In this document: positions 50,601 to 59,718 of the stretch, in pieces
How the letters are laid out: the number at the start of each line of letters is the position of its first letter
Numbering within the stretch: the stretch's first letter is position 1
Origin: Candidatus Hydrogenedentota bacterium
GTDB lineage: Bacteria > Hydrogenedentota > Hydrogenedentia > Hydrogenedentales > SLHB01
Assembly: GCA_963674865.2 (NCBI GenBank)
Contig: CAXXYE010000009.1
Span: forward strand, 128,001-192,000
Length of the DNA stretch: 64,000 nt
Direction: 5' to 3'
Notes under the pieces: generated by a model
Seen by the model: the letters and a program-made list of their open reading frames with translations, nothing else
Database searches by the model: none
What the model was told of the DNA's origin: nothing
Program-made: the position numbers and the translations under genes

Positions 50601-53162
50601 ATGAGCACACCCATTCAACCTGACGATCCGCGGTTGACGGCCTATGCGCTCGGCGAACTCGATGAAGCCGGGCGCGCGGAGATCGAGGCGCAGTTGGCCG
50701 CCAGCGACGAAGCGCGCCGCGAGGTCGGCGCCATCACCGAGGCCGCTCATCTCTTGGAATCGGCCCTTCAAGCGGAATCATCCCCCGAACTCAGCGCATC
50801 GCGCCGTGACGCCATTCGCGCTCACGTGCAGACGCGCCGCCCCGCGAGACTTACCTTTCTCCGGCGGGCCGCCGTTTGGCTGGTGCTCGTAGGCGCGGCG
50901 ATCGCGGCGTTGGCCATCGTCACCCCCAACCTGATGCGAAGTCGCATGGCGGCGGACGAAGCAGACCTCTTGCTTGCGGAGCGCAGCTCCAGGGCGCTCT
51001 CAATCGTGCGCTCGAAGGATATGTCCGTGCCCGGCCAAGCTGGAGCCGGCGACACGCACGGCGGTGTGTTGTCCCGAACCGAGGCCGAGATCTACCAGGC
51101 CGCGCCCAGCAAGGCTGATCGGAGTTCCCTGGATATCAACGGCGACGGCGTGGATGAAGAGATACCTTATTATTCCAACGACGCCGGCCAAGCGGCTAAC
51201 CAGTCATACGCCCGCATGACAAATCGGATGAGGGGGGAGAATGCGCCCACGAAGGGCAACCTCCAGAACGTTGCCGTCGGCGGCGAGATCCGCATCATAC
51301 GACACGACAATCCTGAAGAGCGGCCGGCTCTGACGTGGGGGATGGGACTGTCGCGTGACGAAGAGGCTGCGCTGGAACCTCTCCCGAAGGAAGCAGTTGA
51401 GCAGTTGAGCTCCATCGGCTATTTCGCAGAGCCAAGCTCGACTAGTGAGCTCTCGGCCGGTGGCGATCTCGATGCACGTCGTACCGCGGGCGGCTACGGC
51501 GCAGGTATGGGCGGCGGAGGCGTGGGCGGCTACGGCGGGGGCATGGGCCTGAACCGCTCCGGCGAGCGCTGGGGCGAGGACCACCGAACCATGCTTGCCG
51601 CAGACGGGGTCGTGGAGAAGAGAGCTCTTGAGGAGCGGCAGGAGCGCGTCCCACTCTTAAGTTCCCTCGACGGCGAACTCCTGGCCAGGCGTGATGCCGT
51701 GCCAATGGAGACTGCCTCTCATCGGGAGGCCGGCGGCGTCGAGACGTACGAACTCATCGCGGACAATCCTTTCCTCCTCGCGGCGCAGCAGCCGCTGTCC
51801 ACGTTCTCGATTGACGTCGATACAGCGTCTTACGCCAACGTCCGGCGGTTCTTGACGCAAGGCAGCCTGCCGCCCAAGGAGGCCGTCCGCATCGAGGAAA
51901 TGATCAACTATTTCGACTATGACTACCCCGCGCCGGAGGGCGCGGACCCCTTCGCGGCACACATCGAGTTCGCCGCGTGCCCTTGGCGGCCCGAGCACCG
52001 GCTTGTGCGGATCGGGCTCAAAGGCCGCGAGATTCCCAACGACGACCGGCCCGCCTGCAACCTGGTCTTTCTGCTGGATGTATCCGGCTCGATGAAAGAT
52101 CCCAACAAGCTGCCCCTGCTCAAGCAAGCCATGCGGCTCCTGGTGCAAACGCTGGGCAAGGCCGACCGCGTCGCCCTCGTAACGTTCGCCAATGAGGCGC
52201 GGGTGGCCCTCTCTTCGACGACATGCGACGAGAAGCAGATCATCCTCGCGGCCATCGACAGCGTCAATGCGGACGGCGGCACCAACGGCGGCGCGGGCAT
52301 CGAACTCGCTTATGACCTCGCCGGCGAGAAAGGCCATTTCGTGCCGGGCGGCGTCAACCGCGTCATTCTGGCCACGGATGGCGACTTTAATGTGGGCACC
52401 CAGAGTCGCCCCGAACTTGTCAAGCTCATCGAAGATCGCGCGAAGTCCGGCGTGTTCTTTACGGCCCTAGGCTTCGGCGCCGGCAACCTCAAGGACGCCA
52501 ATTTGGAGGCGCTCGCCGACAAAGGCAACGGCAATTACGCCTATATCGACGGTTTCAACGAGGCGCGCAAAGTGCTCGTCGAGGAAATGACCGGCACGGT
52601 GATCGCCATCGCCAAGGACGTGAAGGCGCAGGTCGAGTTCAATCCGGGCGTGGTGAGCGCCTACCGGCTCATCGGCTATGAAAACCGCGTTTTGGCGGCG
52701 CGCGATTTCAATGACGACCGCAAAGACGCGGGCGAGATCGGCGCCGGCCACACCGTCACGGCGCTGTATGAGATCGTCCCCGTCGGCGTCGGCGGGACGG
52801 TGCCCGGCGTCGACAAACTCCGCTACCAGACGCCCCCGCCCGCGCCGGAGAATCTCGTCGAGAGCGCCGAGATGTTCACGCTGAAGCTCCGCTACAAGGC
52901 TCCCGACGGCGATACGAGCAAACTTATCGAATTCCCCGTGAGAGACACCGGCGGCGCCATCGAGGAGGCGTCCAGCGACTTCAGGTTCGCCGCAGCCGTG
53001 GCGGAGTTCGGCATGCTCCTGCGCGATTCCGACGCAAAAGGCAACGCCACCTACGACAGCGTCCTCGAACTGGCCACGGCCGGCAAAGGCCCCGACCCGC
53101 AAGGCTACCGGGCCGAGTTCCTGAACCTTGTCGCGGCGGCAAAAGCCATCAAGGCCAGATAA
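50601..53162 (+). CDS. Anti-sigma-like membrane protein with YfbK-type von Willebrand factor A domain
   Basis: N-terminal LTAYALGEL anti-sigma-like domain, TM, linker, STFSIDVDTASY, DVSGS MIDAS, LATDGDFNVG, YRLIGYENR, FAAAVAEFGMLLR. Confidence 0.85.
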   Translation: MSTPIQPDDPRLTAYALGELDEAGRAEIEAQLAASDEARREVGAITEAAHLLESALQAESSPELSASRRDAIRAHVQTRRPARLTFLRRAAVWLVLVGAAIAALAIVTPNLMRSRMAADEADLLLAERSSRALSIVRSKDMSVPGQAGAGDTHGGVLSRTEAEIYQAAPSKADRSSLDINGDGVDEEIPYYSNDAGQAANQSYARMTNRMRGENAPTKGNLQNVAVGGEIRIIRHDNPEERPALTWGMGLSRDEEAALEPLPKEAVEQLSSIGYFAEPSSTSELSAGGDLDARRTAGGYGAGMGGGGVGGYGGGMGLNRSGERWGEDHRTMLAADGVVEKRALEERQERVPLLSSLDGELLARRDAVPMETASHREAGGVETYELIADNPFLLAAQQPLSTFSIDVDTASYANVRRFLTQGSLPPKEAVRIEEMINYFDYDYPAPEGADPFAAHIEFAACPWRPEHRLVRIGLKGREIPNDDRPACNLVFLLDVSGSMKDPNKLPLLKQAMRLLVQTLGKADRVALVTFANEARVALSSTTCDEKQIILAAIDSVNADGGTNGGAGIELAYDLAGEKGHFVPGGVNRVILATDGDFNVGTQSRPELVKLIEDRAKSGVFFTALGFGAGNLKDANLEALADKGNGNYAYIDGFNEARKVLVEEMTGTVIAIAKDVKAQVEFNPGVVSAYRLIGYENRVLAARDFNDDRKDAGEIGAGHTVTALYEIVPVGVGGTVPGVDKLRYQTPPPAPENLVESAEMFTLKLRYKAPDGDTSKLIEFPVRDTGGAIEEASSDFRFAAAVAEFGMLLRDSDAKGNATYDSVLELATAGKGPDPQGYRAEFLNLVAAAKAIKAR

Positions 53163-53406
53163 ACCGGAAACCCCCATTCCTCACCTCCCGCCGGCATCGG
53201 TAGGTCCTTGGCCTCACCGGCGCCGGCGGCGCGTTTACCAGTCGAGTACTGAATCCGGACGTCCGTCCATCGCGAACCGACTGGGCCGCGTCAGTTTCTG
53301 GCGTTTTCCCGTCTAATGCGGCGCCCTGAAGGGGATCGCGCCCCCCAGATATCATGCGGGAACGTGGCTTTCGTCCGCAGGTATGTACACAGCCCGCCAT
53401 GGCGAA

Positions 53407-53703
53407 AGCCCCGAACGAGGCGGCCGCATGTAGCCGTGGGTGAGCGCAGCGAACACACGGAAACCGGCCCAGGTCAGCGAAAGCCCCGAACGGGGCGGCC
53501 GCGACTACCCTCACCGCAAGAAGGATTTCAGGGAAAAATTCAGAGCGCTGCTGAAAGCTGACGGCCTCGATTTTCGACGAGGAGTACTCCTGGCTGTGAA
53601 GTGAGGGCGCTATCACCCCATTCGGGGCTGTTGATGAGGAGGTCCCGTGCCCGTGGGCTCGCTTCGCTCACCCACGGCTACACGCGAGCGCCCCGTTCGG
53701 GGC
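53407..53703. repeat. Pair of inverted ~92-bp REP-type composite repeats
   Basis: Each unit is GCCCCGAAC(G/A)GGC palindrome + GTAG-CCGTGGG...C(C/A)CACGG hairpin + second GCCCCGAA palindrome; left unit 53407-53498, right unit inverted 53612-53703. Confidence 0.8.
53512..53599 (+). pseudogene. C-terminal fragment of an IS200/IS605-like Y1 (REP-associated) transposase
   Basis: HRKKDFREKFRALLKADGLDF, +1 shift in TTTT, DEEYSWL-stop; resembles the HHRK.SF.EEF..LL..HG..FDERY.W tail of this TnpA subgroup. Confidence 0.6.
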
Positions 53704-54095
53704 GCCGGAATGCTGAGTGTCCTTACGCGACGAGACAACCGAGGCGCCGTATCCGAGGCGCCTACGGGCGGCAAGGTTCAGGCGGGTCCGCGCGTGAGCC
53801 CACGTCAGATGATGCTTGGGCCTTCGCGCCAAGAGGGCGGAAATGAGCGTATTGCTGTCTTCAACCCGCTCTCCCCGCCCCCGTGAGCACTGCGATTCTT
53901 CGGGAAAAGGACATTGTAAGTGGACCTCTACAAGATACGCGCAAGGATTGGCCGAGAAACCACAGGGCCCAATTCTGTGACGCAGGTCCGAACCGGGCGC
54001 GGAACTTGGCAACCGCACGGACTTCTTTGTATAGTTGATTTCTGTCTTTCGATAAGTCCCGTGGCCTTCATGAATTCCGGAGGAAATTCGGCGAG

Positions 54096-55466
54096 ATGAA
54101 TATCAATCAACGCCTGAAACCGGCCCAGCTTCGGCCTGCGTTGGAGCGCTTTTTCGACCTGGCCGGCAAGAAGATCCTGAAACTGAACCGGGCGTGGGAC
54201 CCCGCGAAGGGGGCCCCCGTATTCACGCGCCGCGGCAAGTACACCGCGCGCGGCTGGACGGAGTGGACGCAGGGCTTCCAGTTCGGCTGCCAGATCCTGC
54301 AATTCGACGCCACGGGCGACGAACGATTCTTGGCCCTCGGCCGGGAGAACACGATCCGGTTCATGGCGCCCCACGTCAGCCACATCGGCGTGCATGACCA
54401 CGGATTCAACAACGTCTCGACCTACGGCAACCTACGCCGCCTTGCGCTCGAGGGCCGCACGGACGAGTCGCCCGATGCGCTGAACTTCTACGAACTCGCC
54501 CTGAAGGCCTCAGGCGCCGTCCAGGCCGCCCGCTGGTCGCGCCTCGCGGACGCCACCGGCTTCATTCACTCCTTCAATGGCCCGCATTCGCTGTTCAGCG
54601 ACACGATTCGCTCGTGCCGGGCGCTGATGGTAGCGCACAAGCTAGGCCACGTCCTCATGGGTGAGAACGACCGCAAGATCTCCCTGCTCGACCGCGCCGT
54701 CGAGCACGCCTTCAACACCGCGCGCTATAACGTCTACTACGGCGAGGGGCGCGATGCGTATGACATCCGCGGCCGCGTGGTTCACGAGAGCATCTTTAAC
54801 ATGACGGACGGCAACTACCGGTGCCCGAGCACACAGCAAGGCTACTCGCCTTTCTCCACGTGGACGCGCGGATTGGCCTGGGTCGTGCTGGGATACGCGG
54901 AAGAACTCGAATGCCTCAAGACAATTCCCGATGAGGATTTGACGCCCTTCGGCGGGCGCGCCGATGTCACGCGGATGATGCTCATGACCGCCGAGGCCAC
55001 CGCGGACTTCTACATCGCCAATACCCCCGTCGACGGCATTCCTTACTGGGACACCGGCGCCCCCGGCCTCGCCAATATGCCGCGTAATCTCAAGGAGAAA
55101 TCGAAGCCCGACAATCCCCACGAGCCGGTGGACAGCTCCGCCGCGGCCATCACGGCGCAAGGCCTGCTGCGCCTGGGGCGCTACCTCGGGACGCGCACCA
55201 AGAAGGGCAAGGCCTACTATCAGGCGGGCCTCACCGTCGCCAAGGCGCTCTTCGCATCGCCTTATCTGTCGGAGGACCCCGGCCACCACGGGCTGATTCT
55301 TCACTCCGTGTACCACCGGCCCAACGGCTGGGACTACATCCCGCGCGGCAAGAAAGTGCCCTTCGGCGAGTCCTCCATGTGGGGCGACTACCACGCCATG
55401 GAGTTGGCGGTGTACCTCCAGCGCGAGGCCGCCGGCGCGGAATACCTTACCTTCTGGGGAAGATAG
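54096..55466 (+). CDS. GH88-like unsaturated glucuronyl hydrolase
   Basis: EWTQGF, HDHGF, QQGYS..STWTRGLAW, PYWD, DSSAAAI, WGDYH. Confidence 0.8.
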   Translation: MNINQRLKPAQLRPALERFFDLAGKKILKLNRAWDPAKGAPVFTRRGKYTARGWTEWTQGFQFGCQILQFDATGDERFLALGRENTIRFMAPHVSHIGVHDHGFNNVSTYGNLRRLALEGRTDESPDALNFYELALKASGAVQAARWSRLADATGFIHSFNGPHSLFSDTIRSCRALMVAHKLGHVLMGENDRKISLLDRAVEHAFNTARYNVYYGEGRDAYDIRGRVVHESIFNMTDGNYRCPSTQQGYSPFSTWTRGLAWVVLGYAEELECLKTIPDEDLTPFGGRADVTRMMLMTAEATADFYIANTPVDGIPYWDTGAPGLANMPRNLKEKSKPDNPHEPVDSSAAAITAQGLLRLGRYLGTRTKKGKAYYQAGLTVAKALFASPYLSEDPGHHGLILHSVYHRPNGWDYIPRGKKVPFGESSMWGDYHAMELAVYLQREAAGAEYLTFWGR

Positions 55467-55762
55467 AGGCGACGCCCCGCCGCGGCGGCCTCGGCAAGGC
55501 TGCCATCCGGCACCCTCGACACGGCCGAAATGACGAGGGCATGCGCTCCATTTCGAGGAAGGCATGGCCTGGAGGTACGGCCAGAAACTCATGAAATACA
55601 TGGGTGCTACGCGCTTTACGCGTTGACGCAGAAAGACTTACAAGCACGCTACAGACGCGTCCACTGCGTTGCGTGCTTTCCAACCGAATCCCTAGGGCAT
55701 TTATTGCTTGATCCCTAACAGTCAGTTATGGTACACTTGCTCCTCGAGGAGAAAAAGAGACC

Positions 55763-56245
55763 ATGGCTAACCGCTCGCTCAAAGCCGAACTCGGCCTCGA
55801 TATGCCTTTCGAGGACGTCCTCCATGAAACGGTGCTCAGCATCATCCGCACCGCCACGCTGCTTTCACAATCGGGCGCGGGCCTCTTCCGCCAATTCGAC
55901 CTTACGCCGGCGCAATTCAATGTCCTGCTGGCGCTCAAGTACAAGAATCGCGACCTGACTCAGTCGGCTCTTAGCAAGCGGCTGGTTGTCACCCGGGCCA
56001 GCATCACGTCGGTGCTGGACAAACTCGAGGGCAAGGGACTCGTATGCCGGGAGCGCGTGCCTAAGAACCGGCGGATTTACTACGTGGCCTTGACGGCGGC
56101 CGGGCGGGACATGGTGGAAGAGGTTGAACCGCTCTACCGGGAGCGGATACATGGCCTGCTGGCCGGATTGAGTCAGAAGGAATGCCGGGCAATCATTCGA
56201 AGCCTCGAAAGGGTGCGCGCGGGGATTGGGGATAGTGGGGAATAA
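55763..56245 (+). CDS. MarR-family transcriptional regulator
   Basis: LTPAQFNVL, ITSVLDKLEGKGLV, NRRIYYVALT. Confidence 0.9.
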   Translation: MANRSLKAELGLDMPFEDVLHETVLSIIRTATLLSQSGAGLFRQFDLTPAQFNVLLALKYKNRDLTQSALSKRLVVTRASITSVLDKLEGKGLVCRERVPKNRRIYYVALTAAGRDMVEEVEPLYRERIHGLLAGLSQKECRAIIRSLERVRAGIGDSGE

Positions 56246-56262
56246 GCCTGAGGAGATACCAC

Positions 56263-59200
56263 ATGGGAACGTCTGACGTGCGAGAAGTATCGCCGATGCG
56301 GAGGGGAACGCGCCGCGGCTTCTGGGCGCTCATCGCCACGCAGTTTCAGGGCGCTTTCAACGACAACGCCTTCAAGTACATCATCATTCTCTTCCTGCTA
56401 CGATTTTACCTGGGGACGAACGTCGAAGACGAGGCCGTCGCCAACCGCATTACAGGCATCGCGACGATGCTCTTCGCGGTGCCCTTCGTGTTGTTCCCGG
56501 TGTACGCCGGTGTACTGGCCGATCGATTTAGCAAGCGCTCCATGGCCGTCGCGATGAAATACGCCGAGTTGATCATCATGGGCCTTGGCCTAGTCGCTTT
56601 TCTCGTGAAGTCACCGGCCTTCATCTGGATAACCCTCTTCCTCATGTTGACGCAGAGTACGTTCTTCAGCCCGGCCAAGTACGGCATGATGCCGGAGATC
56701 CTCTCGCCGCAGCGTCTGTCCTGGGGCAACGGCGTGCTGAACATGACAACCTTTGTGGCGATCATTCTTGGCACCGCCGTCGCCGGCCCACTGCGCGACT
56801 GGCTGGGCGATAGAGTCTACCTGGCCTCGGTTCCGCTGATCGTGCTATCCGTGGCCGGGATCATCACTGCCCACGGCATCCCGAAGCCGCCCGCGGCCAA
56901 TCCGCACCAACGCATGCCGCTCACGCCTTGGTGGGGGATGGGGCGGTACTTCAAGATGTTCCGGGCCGATCGCTGGCTGTTCCTTACCATGCTGGGCATT
57001 GCCTTCTTCTTCTTCGCGGGCGCCATGGTTCAGAACAACATCGTCCGGTACGGCGCCATCGAGCTTGGCATCGAGAACGACACCCAGATCAGCCTCCTTG
57101 CCGCCGCCCTTGCCATGGGGATCGGCATCGGAAGCCTCGGCGCCGGCTACCTGTCCGGCAGCAAGATAGAGGTGGGGTTGATTCCCCTGGGCGCGCTGGG
57201 CATCGCCGCATTTAGCGCGCTGCTGGCCATCCCCGGATTCCACTACACCGCCGGACTCGGACTCCTCTTCGGGCTCGGATTCTTCGGTGGCTTCTACATC
57301 GTCCCGCTCAACGCCGTCCTACAGGAGCGCAGCCCCGACGACGCTAAAGGCGGCATGATCGCCACCAGCAATTTCGTGACGTTTGCAGGCGTCTTGGTGG
57401 CGGGAGCCGCTTATTGGCTCTTCGGCACGCTCGGACTGAACAGCTACCACGTGTTTCTCATCATCGCCCTCATGACGCTCGCCACGGGCATCTACATCTG
57501 CTCGCTCCTGCCCGTGTTCCTCCTCCGATTCATCCTGTGGTGCCTCGCGCACACGGTATACCGAATCAAGGTATTGGGCCGGGAAAATGTCCCTGAGAAG
57601 GGCGGGGCGCTGCTCGTGGCAAACCACACGTCCTTCGTGGACGCCCTCGCACTGATTGCTTCCACGGATCGCCTTGTCCGGTTTGTCATGTTCCAAGGCT
57701 ACTACGACGCCGCGTGGATTCGCCCCCTTGCGAAGATCCTGAAGGCGATCCCCGTGTCGTCGACGGGCGGGCCGAAGGAGCTTCTCGAGTCTCTTCGCAC
57801 GGCCACCCAAGCCATCAAGGACGGCGACGTCGTCTGTATCTTCGCCGAAGGGCAGATCACGCGCACGGGCCAGCTTCTTCCTTTCAACAAAGGCTTCGAG
57901 CGAATCATGCGCAACGTGGACGCCCCGATCATTCCCGTCCACCTCGACCGCCTCTGGGGAAGCATCTTCAGTTTCGCGGGCAAGAAGTTCCTCTGGAAAT
58001 GGCCCAAACGCGTCCCCTATCCCATCACCGTGAGTTACGGCGCGCACATGCCCTCGGACAGCACGGCTCCTCAAGTGCGCAACGCCATCATGGAACTCGG
58101 AACCGAAGCCTATATGCAGCGCGAGATCAAGCCCGACCTGCTGCACCGAGCGTTCATCCGGATGGCCCGGCGCCATCCCGGACGACTTGCCGTGGCGGAT
58201 GGCCGCACGGGCGGCTTGTCCTACTTCAAGACACTGGTGGCAAGTATCATCTTCGCGCGGAAGCTCAGGCCTTTGCTCGGCGACCATCCGATGACGGGAG
58301 TCCTGCTGCCCCCAACCGTGGGCGGCGCACTGACGAATATTGCGCTTCAAACGATGGGGAAAGTCCCCATCAACTTGAACTATACCTTGCCTGCGGCCGG
58401 CCTCGCGTCCTGTGCCGAGCAGTGCGGCATCTCCCACGTCATTACCGCAAAGGCCCTGCTCGAGAAGCTGCCCGTCGAAGTGCCCGGTGAAGCCATCTAT
58501 CTCGAGGATGTAAAGGACTCGGTTAAGAAGGGCGACCGCATTGTGGCCTTGCTTCTTGCGGTTTTCTGTCCTGTCCGCCTTCTCGAGCGACTGCTCGGGG
58601 CGCCGGCGAAACGCTCCGGGGACGATCTGGCTTCAATCATCTTTTCCAGCGGCAGCGAGGGCGTCCCCAAGGGAATCATGCTGACACAGCGGAATGTCCT
58701 CTGCAATATCGAATCCGCGCTCCAGGTTTTTCCGCATGAAACGAGCGATGGACTCATGGGTATTCTCCCCCTGTTTCACTCTTTCGGCTTCACGGCCACA
58801 CTCTGGCTTACGCTTACGGAGGGGATGTTCTCCGTGTTCCATCCGACGCCCCTCGAACCAAAAGCCATCGGCGGACTCATTTACAAATACAAACCGAAAC
58901 TCTTCGTGGCCACGTCAACCTTGCTGCAAGGCTTCATCCGGCGCTGCACGCCCGAGGAACTCAGCAGCCTCGAATTCGTAGTGTGCGGCGCGGAGAAGTT
59001 GACGGATCGCGTGCGGGAAGCATTCACCGCGAAGTTCGGCGTGGAGCCGCTCGAGGGATACGGCGCAACGGAATGCGCGCCCGTAGTGTCCGTGAGCGTA
59101 CCGGACTGGCGTGCCCCCGGCTTTTATCAGAAGGGCCACAAGCGGGGCAGCATCGGGCGTCCGCTCCCCGGCGTCAGCGTGCGAGTCAAGAATCCGGATA

Positions 59201-59718
59201 CGGGGGAGATCATGCCTGAAGGCGAGCCGGGCATGCTGTACGTCAAAGGTCCCAACGTCATGAAAGGCTACCTCGACATGCCCGAGAAGACGGCGGCCGT
59301 ACTTCAGGACGGCTGGTACGAAACCGGCGACATCGCCTCGGTGGACGACGACGGCTTCATCTTCATCAGCGGCCGGCTGGCGCGCTTCAGCAAGATCGGT
59401 GGCGAGATGATCCCGCATACCCGGGTGGAAGACACGCTGCACGAACTCATCGGCCTCACCGACCTCTCTCTGGCCGTGACGAGCGTGCCCGACCAAACCA
59501 AGGGAGAGCGCCTGCTCGTCCTGCACACGCTCGAAGAAGAGCAACTCGAGGAGTTGCTCGGCAGACTGGCCAGTTGCGACATGCCCAACCTATGGATTCC
59601 CCGGGCAAATGCCTTTTACCGCGTGAGCGAGATTCCCGTACTCGGCACAGGGAAGATGGATATACGCGCCGTCAAGAACATGGCCGAGACTCTCTACGTG
59701 GGCGAGGGTGAGGCGTAA
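56263..59718 (+). CDS. aas: Trifunctional lysophospholipid transporter (MFS/LplT) - acyltransferase - acyl-ACP synthetase
   Basis: TQFQGAFNDN and FSPAKYG (LplT); ANHTSFVD and FAEG (PlsC-like); FSSGSEGVPKG, YGATE, TGD, RFSKIGGEM (AMP-binding). Confidence 0.9.
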   Translation: MGTSDVREVSPMRRGTRRGFWALIATQFQGAFNDNAFKYIIILFLLRFYLGTNVEDEAVANRITGIATMLFAVPFVLFPVYAGVLADRFSKRSMAVAMKYAELIIMGLGLVAFLVKSPAFIWITLFLMLTQSTFFSPAKYGMMPEILSPQRLSWGNGVLNMTTFVAIILGTAVAGPLRDWLGDRVYLASVPLIVLSVAGIITAHGIPKPPAANPHQRMPLTPWWGMGRYFKMFRADRWLFLTMLGIAFFFFAGAMVQNNIVRYGAIELGIENDTQISLLAAALAMGIGIGSLGAGYLSGSKIEVGLIPLGALGIAAFSALLAIPGFHYTAGLGLLFGLGFFGGFYIVPLNAVLQERSPDDAKGGMIATSNFVTFAGVLVAGAAYWLFGTLGLNSYHVFLIIALMTLATGIYICSLLPVFLLRFILWCLAHTVYRIKVLGRENVPEKGGALLVANHTSFVDALALIASTDRLVRFVMFQGYYDAAWIRPLAKILKAIPVSSTGGPKELLESLRTATQAIKDGDVVCIFAEGQITRTGQLLPFNKGFERIMRNVDAPIIPVHLDRLWGSIFSFAGKKFLWKWPKRVPYPITVSYGAHMPSDSTAPQVRNAIMELGTEAYMQREIKPDLLHRAFIRMARRHPGRLAVADGRTGGLSYFKTLVASIIFARKLRPLLGDHPMTGVLLPPTVGGALTNIALQTMGKVPINLNYTLPAAGLASCAEQCGISHVITAKALLEKLPVEVPGEAIYLEDVKDSVKKGDRIVALLLAVFCPVRLLERLLGAPAKRSGDDLASIIFSSGSEGVPKGIMLTQRNVLCNIESALQVFPHETSDGLMGILPLFHSFGFTATLWLTLTEGMFSVFHPTPLEPKAIGGLIYKYKPKLFVATSTLLQGFIRRCTPEELSSLEFVVCGAEKLTDRVREAFTAKFGVEPLEGYGATECAPVVSVSVPDWRAPGFYQKGHKRGSIGRPLPGVSVRVKNPDTGEIMPEGEPGMLYVKGPNVMKGYLDMPEKTAAVLQDGWYETGDIASVDDDGFIFISGRLARFSKIGGEMIPHTRVEDTLHELIGLTDLSLAVTSVPDQTKGERLLVLHTLEEEQLEELLGRLASCDMPNLWIPRANAFYRVSEIPVLGTGKMDIRAVKNMAETLYVGEGEA

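Noticed and set aside
53402..53502. 26-bp direct repeats spaced ~49 bp, superficially CRISPR-like
   Set aside because: Only two copies, part of an inverted REP composite, and no cas genes.
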